The translations under genes and the position numbers were made by a program. From Nitrosopumilales archaeon (GTDB lineage: Archaea; Thermoproteota; Nitrososphaeria; Nitrososphaerales; Nitrososphaeraceae): a DNA stretch of 64,000 bases. Shown in pieces: positions 40,232 to 48,173 of the stretch. Every line of letters starts with the position of its first letter. The first letter of the stretch is position 1. The DNA lies in assembly GCA_044507735.1 (NCBI GenBank), contig JBIQJB010000002.1, positions 99,442-163,441 of the forward strand. Direction: 5' to 3'. Below the pieces are notes generated by a model. The model ran no database searches, was not told where the DNA came from, and was given only the letters and a program-made list of their open reading frames with translations.

Positions 40232-41545
40232 GAACTTGGTTATTGTCCTTTGACCAGCAGTTGGCCTCCTGCCCCTGGGAGCGCGGGTAGACCTCTCATC
40301 GCTTTCCTTATCAATTGCAGCCTTGACCACCTTGAGGACATTGTCATCCTTGCTCCCTGCAACATAGACCACGTATACAAGAGCTTGGTCCTTTCCTTCA
40401 GCCTTTCTGACAACTCTCCCGATCCTCTGTGCGACTTGATTCATGTTGGATGTGCTTGCTATGATTATTGCGATCCCGACTTGTGGCACATCGTAACCTA
40501 TTTCGAGTGTATGAACAGACAGTAACGGGAAATAGTCTTTGCCCCATCTCTCCAATAGCTCGTGTCTTTCCTGCGGCCTTACGCCGTTGTGTATGGTCTG
40601 GGCTGGTATGCCAGCGTCTTCCAACATGTCTTTCAGCTGCTGTATAGAGTCGATTGTTTCGCTAAAGATCATGATGCGCTCATTTGGATGAGTCTTGACC
40701 AACTCGACTGCTTTAAGCAGCTTTTCTTTGGTTGTGCTCAAAAGTTCCTTCCGCTTACGCACTTGCGCGAACCAAATCTTTGCCAGAGATCCTCTCGAGC
40801 CGCCACGCATCAGCATCTTTGTCATCTTGACAGGATCGTAAGTCTGCAATTTCCTCGAAATGTCCTTTATGGCCGCGCTAGCCTCATCATACACCTTCTG
40901 CTCATCCTGTGTAAAACTAACCTGAACTGGCTTGACAACAGGTTTTGCAAGACGGCCATCAGTTACTGCGTCTTTTATCAGGTATTTTTTGACGGGAGGT
41001 GCCACCGTCAAAATGGTATGGTATTTCGGATCGCGCTCATTTATCGTGGCCGTGAGGCCGAGGATGGCCTTTTGTGGATCTTCTACAATGACGTCGAAAA
41101 TACCGTCAAAGGCTACAGCAGTTTCGCTCGCAAGGTGGACTTCGTCAAGCACAACCATCCGTGCATCCCGAATAAGGCGGGGGTTGTTGATCGCGCTCTG
41201 GTAAGTGCTTATCGTTATCTCCTTCACATCCTTTCGTTCGCCGTAATAAACACCAATGTCGTTGTCCTCTATGCCGTAACGTTGCAGACGGCGAACGTTC
41301 TGTTCTATGAGGACTATCCTTGGGACTAGAAAAATGATAGGGAACTTGTCCTGTGCAGAGATGCCAGCGGCTCGCCTCGCACATTCAAACGCAATCTCTG
41401 TCTTGCCAGTCCCCGTGCTGAAAATGACGGAGCCTCGGCAACCGTTGGCAACCCATGCCTCTGCTGCATCTACCTGGTCTTTTTTCAACTCGAATGGGAA
41501 TTTTATGGCGGAGATGGCCGGAGGCAACGCAGGAGCTGAGCCCAA
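40226..41545 (-). CDS. XPB/Rad25-like superfamily 2 helicase
   Basis: TGTGKT, DEVH, TAT and QRIGRVVR motifs. Confidence 0.9.
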   Translation of the reverse strand: MGSAPALPPAISAIKFPFELKKDQVDAAEAWVANGCRGSVIFSTGTGKTEIAFECARRAAGISAQDKFPIIFLVPRIVLIEQNVRRLQRYGIEDNDIGVYYGERKDVKEITISTYQSAINNPRLIRDARMVVLDEVHLASETAVAFDGIFDVIVEDPQKAILGLTATINERDPKYHTILTVAPPVKKYLIKDAVTDGRLAKPVVKPVQVSFTQDEQKVYDEASAAIKDISRKLQTYDPVKMTKMLMRGGSRGSLAKIWFAQVRKRKELLSTTKEKLLKAVELVKTHPNERIMIFSETIDSIQQLKDMLEDAGIPAQTIHNGVRPQERHELLERWGKDYFPLLSVHTLEIGYDVPQVGIAIIIASTSNMNQVAQRIGRVVRKAEGKDQALVYVVYVAGSKDDNVLKVVKAAIDKESDERSTRAPRGRRPTAGQRTITKFS

Positions 41546-41581
41546 TGCGAATAAAAACTTTAATGATCACTGCGTCAATGT

Positions 41582-42097
41582 TTGTCAGTCGTGAAACCAC
41601 TCGTGTACATGCTGCATCAGGATGATCCTTTCAAGTGCACTGCGGCCAAGCTCGCCAAGTTTCGCATTGCAGAGCCTGTGAAATTCATAAGCAGGAATAC
41701 CATTGTTTTGAACCCTTTCTCGCCAACACCAGTCATGAAGAGTGATGCCAAGATTGCAAGCTCGCTCTGCGCCATCGATTGCTCATGGGAACGCGCCAAT
41801 GAAGTGCTCAAGCACCGTAGGCTGTTGTCGCAGGGAATTGGCCGCAGACTTCCAGCCATGCTTGCCGCAAACCCGATCAACTATGCCAAGCTCGGCAAGC
41901 TATCCACTGCAGAAGCCCTTGCAGGTGCACTGTATATCGTAGGAGAAAGAAATCTCGCAGCTGAAATAATGGACAAGTTCAAATGGGGCCACACATTTTC
42001 GGAGTTGAACGCCAACCTTCTTGAGGACTATGCTAACGCAGAAACTCACGAGCAAATAGCCCAGCTGGAAAAGGAGTACTTTCCTCAGCTAGCCTAG
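41582..42097 (+). CDS. tsr3: rRNA aminocarboxypropyltransferase Tsr3
   Basis: DDPFKCTA, DCSW, LAANPINY, LSTAEA and FKWGHTF motifs. Confidence 0.93.
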   Translation: MSVVKPLVYMLHQDDPFKCTAAKLAKFRIAEPVKFISRNTIVLNPFSPTPVMKSDAKIASSLCAIDCSWERANEVLKHRRLLSQGIGRRLPAMLAANPINYAKLGKLSTAEALAGALYIVGERNLAAEIMDKFKWGHTFSELNANLLEDYANAETHEQIAQLEKEYFPQLA

Positions 42098-42123
42098 GTT
42101 TTAATACCGAGTCTATGGAAAAT

Positions 42124-42432
42124 GATGTTGCGAGCCAGTGGGCGGGTCACTCGAAAGAGAGGAAACTCCTCCCTCACTGCAGGCACCCGAATTAGCGATA
42201 ATTAGCCGGAGACGGCTGGCGACGGAACAGAAAAGAGATCCAGTCAGGCACACATACACACATATGCAATTAGACGATGATGGCGTATAGCCTGAGATTC
42301 CTGATACTGGAATGAAACTGCCGACCCGGGTGGAGCAAGGCCAAACAGAGCACAGGTTCCTGCAACTGCTCAGGTTGGCTGCTCAGCGGAATCCCGCTTA
42401 AAACAGAAGGAGGGTTACTGCTGGCACGCATC
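42124..42432 (+). ncRNA. rnpB: RNase P RNA
   Basis: GAGGAAACTCC (CR-I) and AACAGAAGGAGGGTTA (CR-V); complementary ends GCGAGCCAG/CTGGCACGC. Ends approximate. Confidence 0.92.
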
Positions 42433-43223
42433 ACTTATTTTTCATCCTCTTGATTGAAGCAGTGCTAGCCAACAGAGAAGACCATAGTCGGCGGATTTAT
42501 TCTGCAGAATATCTCAGAAATGAATCGGCGATAGAGGTTGACTGCTGCAGCAGAGGCCGCGGCCGCCTACTTGTCTGACAACAACATATCCATAGGTTTC
42601 AGTGAATGGGATGCCGGCAGATTTTTTCATGCGCGTGCCGTGTGAACTGTGCTTCTACCATAGTCATTCATTCTTTCTCGTAAGCAAAACACTCCGCGAA
42701 CACCTCTCTTGTGAATGGATTTTTTTGTCCGTATTGGGGATCACCTGATTGCATCCTCAAATACTATATCCTCAATACATTTGGCAGGGCACGCCTAGAT
42801 TAGGTCAGCTCACACGTGCTCTCATCATCATCATCCATCCAACCGATGCAACGTTTTGACATCGATACTCCTGTGCCGGTAATAGAGGTATGTCTTGCGC
42901 TTCCAAGATGAAAGGGTCATGCATCAATGTCCAAGGCGGACCTCAAAAAAATCGTTCACAAACTGCTGGTTCACCCGATAAACCAAGAGGTGTATCGCGA
43001 TGAAAGCGCGTCCGCCAAGTCTTACCACATTTGAATCGCCGCGGAGCGACTGTACTTCAAACCTGAAAGATGGCGACTTTGCTATATCGTAGTAGGGGCG
43101 CCGGCAAGTAAGGCAAGAAAGGAAAAGTATGCGGGCCCGCCTTCACTTACTCGTTAATTGGAGTATATTGATTTCAAACACCCCAATTGTCAGTGTCACT
43201 TTTTAATAGTCAGCAAAGATGAA

Positions 43224-43388
43224 CTAGCTATCCTGCTTTCCAAAATAAATCGAGCCGGTAAAGTGCCGTGCTTTGTTCTTGTGCCTCTCAAGAGATTCCT
43301 CTGACTGGAATGTCATCTTACATACTTTGCACTTAAGAATTTTCTTGTTGCTGTCGGCAGTTCGTTTCAATTGAAAAGGTAATTTCAT
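43224..43388 (-). CDS. C2H2 zinc-finger microprotein (54 aa)
   Basis: CKVCKMTFQSEESLERHKNKARH; ATG 43388 lies ~22-29 nt downstream of a TTATATTT box. Confidence 0.8.
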   Translation of the reverse strand: MKLPFQLKRTADSNKKILKCKVCKMTFQSEESLERHKNKARHFTGSIYFGKQDS

Positions 43389-43426
43389 CTTCCAAGAATT
43401 CCTGGTCTGAAATATAATACAGTGCC

Positions 43427-43439
43427 TTAACCATGTTAA
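43427..43439. promoter_or_regulatory. Palindromic operator TTAAC-CAT-GTTAA
   Basis: Perfect arms; 9 nt upstream of the minus-strand TATA-like box of the C2H2 gene. Confidence 0.7.
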
Positions 43440-43608
43440 GTGATCTTGATGACCTTCCCCCTTTTTTTTCAAGCATGTGAAAGAATCGCCAAAAGGAGGT
43501 TTCGACACCATCCTGTTGAGCACCATACTCGCCTAGTCTCTTTTCTCCTGCACAGAGTACAGTGCGATGCGATTTCACTGATACATGATTGAAGCCGGTC
43601 AAACCAGT

Positions 43609-43682
43609 TTTGGAGGCCCCTGTCCCGGATCAGCGGGGCCAGCCGACCTTTGTAGTCAGCGAGGGACAGGGAACCGCCCAAA
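43609..43682 (-). ncRNA. Candidate structured small RNA
   Basis: CCCTGTCCC/GGGACAGGG stem with outer extension; inner GCTGAC-TACAAAG-GTCGGC hairpin; TTTAATAT box ~28 nt upstream on the minus strand. Confidence 0.35.
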
Positions 43683-43724
43683 TTCTGTACGATTTAGGGA
43701 CCGTCTGAAATATTAAATCATGAC

Positions 43725-43737
43725 TTAACCTTGTTAA
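43725..43737. promoter_or_regulatory. Palindromic operator TTAAC-CTT-GTTAA
   Basis: Perfect arms; lies between divergent TATA-like boxes (43710-43717 minus, 43749-43755 plus). Confidence 0.7.
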
Positions 43738-43788
43738 TCGATCACAGGTTATATTGAGGCACTTTCTCTACCATAAATATAAGCGCAA

Positions 43789-44175
43789 ATGTCGGGTACG
43801 CCAAGCTCCTACAGAGATAGGATCTACATCGTCAAAGATGTCATATTAAAGCTCGTGGAATATGGAGAGCTTAACCAGACTGCGCTTATGACCTTTTGCG
43901 GGCTCAATCTGAAAAAGCACAAACCAATATTGGATGAACTTGAAGAAAACGGCCTCGTATCCAGAATCGAAAAAACAGTTGGGAAAAGAACCGTAACCAT
44001 CTACAAACCCACACAAGAAGGAATTGATTTTTCTCGCAACATCTTGGAACCTTATGAAAAAATGTTCCCGCGTAGAAAGGAGCCGGTGAAGGAGAAAAGA
44101 TCAGAATCTCTGGCGGCAGGGGATCATACCAACGACAGCGGCAAGTACTTTATGCAACTACTCTTGCTGGTCTGA
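43789..44175 (+). CDS. Winged-helix transcription regulator
   Basis: YRDRIYIVKDVI...NQTALMTFCGLN...LEENGLV...YKPTQEG pattern. Confidence 0.85.
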   Translation: MSGTPSSYRDRIYIVKDVILKLVEYGELNQTALMTFCGLNLKKHKPILDELEENGLVSRIEKTVGKRTVTIYKPTQEGIDFSRNILEPYEKMFPRRKEPVKEKRSESLAAGDHTNDSGKYFMQLLLLV

Positions 44176-44571
44176 CAATCCAAACTTCGCTGCAATCTTT
44201 TTGTCCATTTCCTCTTTCTCTTTGGAATATGCTTCATACCTGAGCTTCCAATTGCTCATGGAGCGATATTGCCTGATTCCTGTCGCAAGCCATATGCCCG
44301 ATATGAAGATTACAGCTGCCAGCATGATGCTCAGTATGGGGCCAAATTCATTCTCTGTCTCAAGGATTGCATAAAACGTGGGGTGCAGTACAAGATACCC
44401 GGAAAGCGCGATTGCAAGGGGTGCAAGGATTATCGCCGAAACAGACATTCCCAGCATTATCCTCCGCAATTTCTGTATCTGGTCAATGAAGCTGTCCAGT
44501 AGCTCCAATATATTTCCGCGCGAAGAGGAGGGTGTTGTTTCATCTGTTGCGCCGTTATTGTTGTCGCTCAT
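44158..44571 (-). CDS. Two-TM membrane protein
   Basis: Two hydrophobic helices flanked by charged helical segments. Confidence 0.75.
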   Translation of the reverse strand: MSDNNNGATDETTPSSSRGNILELLDSFIDQIQKLRRIMLGMSVSAIILAPLAIALSGYLVLHPTFYAILETENEFGPILSIMLAAVIFISGIWLATGIRQYRSMSNWKLRYEAYSKEKEEMDKKIAAKFGLSDQQE

Positions 44572-44594
44572 TAGCTCACCATCTAGTCTCCGTT

Positions 44595-45101
44595 TTACTC
44601 AGCTATTGTTATCGTTCCATTCATGCCTTGATGGATGGTACAATAGTATTCAAACGTACCGGTTTTGTCCGCTAGAAAAGTAATCGTCTGGCTTTCAGAT
44701 GGTCCCAAGTTTCTTGTGTGGACGTTGAACTCGTCTATGTTGAAATTATGGTCAGATTTGGTTTCGAAATCTTCGTTTATTATGTGGAAGGTTTCCAAAC
44801 CTCCTTTATTGAACGTGTACGTAGGGTTTATGATGTTGCCGCCCGAAGTTCTCAAGCCCTTGACCTTCGCAGAGCTCAGACTAAGCCAATAATAACCCGT
44901 GTTCGAGGAATGTGAGGCCTTGATAAAGTGGTTGGAAGGAGCGCCTAAAACAGGCACCGTACCGTTGACAGGGACCATGGAGCTATAACCAAAATAGCCG
45001 ACAATGCTAATGACTGTAGCAATCACTGCATAAGTAATGATTCGTCTTCTTGACATTCCAAAACGCGATTGCTGTTGGGAATAGCGACGCTTCTTGTTCA
45101 T
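44595..45101 (-). CDS. Membrane-anchored cupredoxin
   Basis: Basic N-terminus + TM; DHNF and YYCTIHQGM type-1 Cu ligands. Start uncertain. Confidence 0.88.
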   Translation of the reverse strand: MNKKRRYSQQQSRFGMSRRRIITYAVIATVISIVGYFGYSSMVPVNGTVPVLGAPSNHFIKASHSSNTGYYWLSLSSAKVKGLRTSGGNIINPTYTFNKGGLETFHIINEDFETKSDHNFNIDEFNVHTRNLGPSESQTITFLADKTGTFEYYCTIHQGMNGTITIAE

Positions 45102-45146
45102 ATTGTCTAGATGGTAGATACATTCCATACAGACTATTTAGATGAT

Positions 45147-45163
45147 GATTAACATTGTTAATC
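45147..45163. promoter_or_regulatory. Palindromic operator GATTAAC-ATT-GTTAATC
   Basis: 7-bp perfect arms; core lies 8 nt upstream of the minus-strand TAAATA box of the cupredoxin gene. Confidence 0.72.
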
Positions 45164-45444
45164 CTTCTTGCATACGTAAGTCATCATCCCTGCCATGACT
45201 GGTACCTCCGCTACTTGTGGGATGTTTGTCATGTCCTGTTGTTCGTAGGGTCATCTTTCAGGATCGACATCTTGTTGCACTCTACTTGGGGAATGGATGG
45301 CATATCTGGAACATGTCGCAACCTTGGGCGTATTAGGTGCCTTGACTATGTCTTATGGTCCTGTGCTATTCGCAGAATTCCAGTAGACCGCTCGTGCAAT
45401 CCTTGTGCCCATGAGGATGATCGAACCTAATATTTGTAGGATGA

Positions 45445-45457
45445 TTAACATGGGTAA
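45445..45457. promoter_or_regulatory. Degenerate operator TTAAC-ATG-GGTAA
   Basis: One mismatch to the consensus; 9 nt upstream of a minus-strand AAATATTA box. Confidence 0.5.
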
Positions 45458-45953
45458 GCTACTCTTTTTTATCCCACTTTGACTGGCTTGTAATACATTT
45501 CCATGGATTATTCTTGGATGATAGATGACGGTTTGTCATCGAATGAAGAACACAGGGGTGAGAAACTGACATATTAAATTGTAGAGGTCTATGTGAAAAT
45601 TTCCGCGCAACGAATCGTCCGCGTGGCTTTCACTATCTTTCCGGTCAGAAAAGATGCCAATTTTGCGGTATCTTTATGGTGATAGAGGATAATGTTTGCC
45701 CTTGCTGTCACCGTCGGCTCAGGCTGAGTCCAAGAGCAACCAAGCACAAACATAGGTTTCTCAAAGTCAGAGGGCCCACCAGGGGTCGCTGACATGCCTG
45801 CTTGCTATGATCTGAATTACTATGCCATGAGATGTGTGAATCTGATTGGCTTCCGCCGGAGGGTTTCAGCTCAGCAAGGTTTTTCAGTGGTTGAAAGTGA
45901 ACGGCCGTCTTTGCTGTCGACACAACAAATAGACTCTTGATCGGCAAAATTTT

Positions 45954-47264
45954 CTAAATAACTGATAACACTTGATCGGCATTTTCTTCTCCTTGTTGTA
46001 TCAGCTCAGTCACGGCCCTGAGGGAAAAATCTGCATTCTTTAGAGGATACGGAGAGTCCATTTCGGTCCTTACGATTCTGTTTACGGATAGTATTTCTGC
46101 CCCTCCAGTTTCCACTAGCTCATGATAGTCTTTCTTTATATGATCAATTTCTTCGCGGTTCATATTGGACATGTTCGTGTGCTTTTCAAAAGCATCGTAT
46201 ATGTGCTCTACAAGCTCTATAATTCTGGTCATGCGCTTGGCCGTCTCAATGTCATAGGTAGTCTTGTCGCTGAAGGTTATGTCTCGCGCTCTATCTGACA
46301 CTTCAACTCTGTTCTGTGGGAGCCTTCTTCTTACGCGGGGATAGTTTTCCACAATGTATACATGCTTGTCGTTTCTTGGTGATGCTTCGATCACCTCGCG
46401 TAGAGGCGTATTGTCTAACAAAGCACCATCCCATCCAAAGACATCTTGTTCTATCTCTACCCACGGAAATCCGTAGTTTGGATATGCGGTACTAGCCAAG
46501 ATGTGCTTCGCTTCTATCCTTGTCTTGTAGCTATCGTAAACGAGGTGCTTTGACGTAAGCACGTCTACAGATGTAAGTATGAGCCTGGTCTGACCGTCAG
46601 CTTCAGGATGTTGTCGCTGCACCGACAACTTGTCAAAATCCACATATTTTTCAAGTGTTTTGCCGAGGGGTGTGTGGTCGTACAGATATGTCCATTCCTC
46701 CGGGGTCATGGCAAGTCCCTCGTCTACAGAGAACCCATTTGATGTTCCAAAGAATTGTGTCCAAGACCACATTCTCGGAATAAACATTTTGGGTACCCCA
46801 AATAATCCTGCATTGATAGCGGCTGCGCGGATCCTCCTCCAAGCAAACTGTCCTGTTGCAAAGTCATACTGAGGCAGGATGACATCGGGTATTACGTCAT
46901 AACTGCTCTCTGCCAACTCCATCCAGAAATCTTCTAGGTCTCTTTCTGGATGATCGCTTCTGCTCCCTGCGATTATAGCGGCATTTACGGCACCTATTGA
47001 AGTTCCTGCAACAATATCGAATCTCTTTCCCTGTCTTGCCAGAGCCTTGTAGACTCCGCATCCAAATGCGCCAAGCGAACCTCCACCTTGCAGCACAAGC
47101 ACATTTTCGACAATTCTTGAACGACGATGACGTGGGTGCACATCGCGCTCTAGATGGTAATTGTAGTGGTTGCTGTGTACCTCTTTCACAGAGAAGTTGT
47201 GAATGTCATCCCTACCTTGTTGCTCCGTTTTTTCTTTTGGCTTTGAGGGCGAGGAAAGGTCCAT
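45954..47264 (-). CDS. Patatin-like phospholipase/esterase
   Basis: QGGGSLG, GTSIG and DGA motifs; C-terminal ADFS (DUF3734-like). Confidence 0.92.
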   Translation of the reverse strand: MDLSSPSKPKEKTEQQGRDDIHNFSVKEVHSNHYNYHLERDVHPRHRRSRIVENVLVLQGGGSLGAFGCGVYKALARQGKRFDIVAGTSIGAVNAAIIAGSRSDHPERDLEDFWMELAESSYDVIPDVILPQYDFATGQFAWRRIRAAAINAGLFGVPKMFIPRMWSWTQFFGTSNGFSVDEGLAMTPEEWTYLYDHTPLGKTLEKYVDFDKLSVQRQHPEADGQTRLILTSVDVLTSKHLVYDSYKTRIEAKHILASTAYPNYGFPWVEIEQDVFGWDGALLDNTPLREVIEASPRNDKHVYIVENYPRVRRRLPQNRVEVSDRARDITFSDKTTYDIETAKRMTRIIELVEHIYDAFEKHTNMSNMNREEIDHIKKDYHELVETGGAEILSVNRIVRTEMDSPYPLKNADFSLRAVTELIQQGEENADQVLSVI

Positions 47265-47386
47265 TTTCAGATTGCATCCTATTTATTGGAGACATCCGCT
47301 TTCTACTTTGTCTCAGTCTTCTTTTGCTATCCTGCAAATCAGATGTGAAGTATGGCAGGAAAGAAGGAAGTGGCGTCCGCCCAAAA

Positions 47387-48172
47387 TCAGATGGTGCTTG
47401 GCATTAGCCTATACTTGCGGATGACTTTTTTCTCCTGTCTCTTCTCCTTGCCCAGCGCCTGCTCACGGGTCCTGAGCCGAATCATGCGAAGACGGGAAAT
47501 CCTGTCCTCTGCTCTCACAAGATCTATCTTTAGTCTCGACGGTGTTTTGAATGTGAATACCAAGCCTTGGCCCGGGTTGATACTGATCCTGTCAGGCAGG
47601 ATCTGATTCGTCGCGGTGCACTCGACTCTTACAGGTGAAGCATTTCTCTGTGCCTTTCCAGGCTCCGGATAGTTCACAACGAGCTCCGCCCTCGCGTTGT
47701 TCAGCGTGTTTGTGACCGTATAGGTGCCCGGCCTGATGACCGTGACCGACAAGATGTCAGCATCCTTGAGCTCGCGGCTATCAAATACGTTCTTCTGTGA
47801 ACCATCCTTTCCGTGTTTGCTGACTTGAATAGCATATCCGCCAATCCCTGAGGAGACATAAAAGACGGCATACCCTCCTGCATTCAAGACAAATCGGTCG
47901 GGCATCGTACTCTTCAGATCGATTGTGACCTGGCCTGGTTGACTGAAAGGAGTTTGTGCTCTGGTAGCAACCTGTGTGGCAGGATCCTCTCCTACCACTG
48001 AGATCGTGAACTGGCGTGCTATCAATCCGCCGGCTCCTTTCATGACAACGCCTTCGTACTCGCCGGGCTCGGAAAACCTATGAACGATCGAAGACATCAT
48101 AGAAAGCGAGCCACTGTCTGTGTTAACTTGACTGAACAACTCGCGATTAATCCTTAGTCTTCTTGTTGTCAT
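47387..48172 (-). CDS. Hypothetical beta-sandwich repeat protein
   Basis: Starts 1 nt after the upstream stop; repeated (F/V)xxPGxY strands. Confidence 0.8.
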   Translation of the reverse strand: MTTRRLRINRELFSQVNTDSGSLSMMSSIVHRFSEPGEYEGVVMKGAGGLIARQFTISVVGEDPATQVATRAQTPFSQPGQVTIDLKSTMPDRFVLNAGGYAVFYVSSGIGGYAIQVSKHGKDGSQKNVFDSRELKDADILSVTVIRPGTYTVTNTLNNARAELVVNYPEPGKAQRNASPVRVECTATNQILPDRISINPGQGLVFTFKTPSRLKIDLVRAEDRISRLRMIRLRTREQALGKEKRQEKKVIRKYRLMPSTI

Positions 48173-48173
48173 G

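Noticed and set aside
45165-45415. ORF downstream of the fourth operator
   Set aside because: Broken by stops in the minus-strand frames I read; at best a pseudogene remnant of unknown identity.
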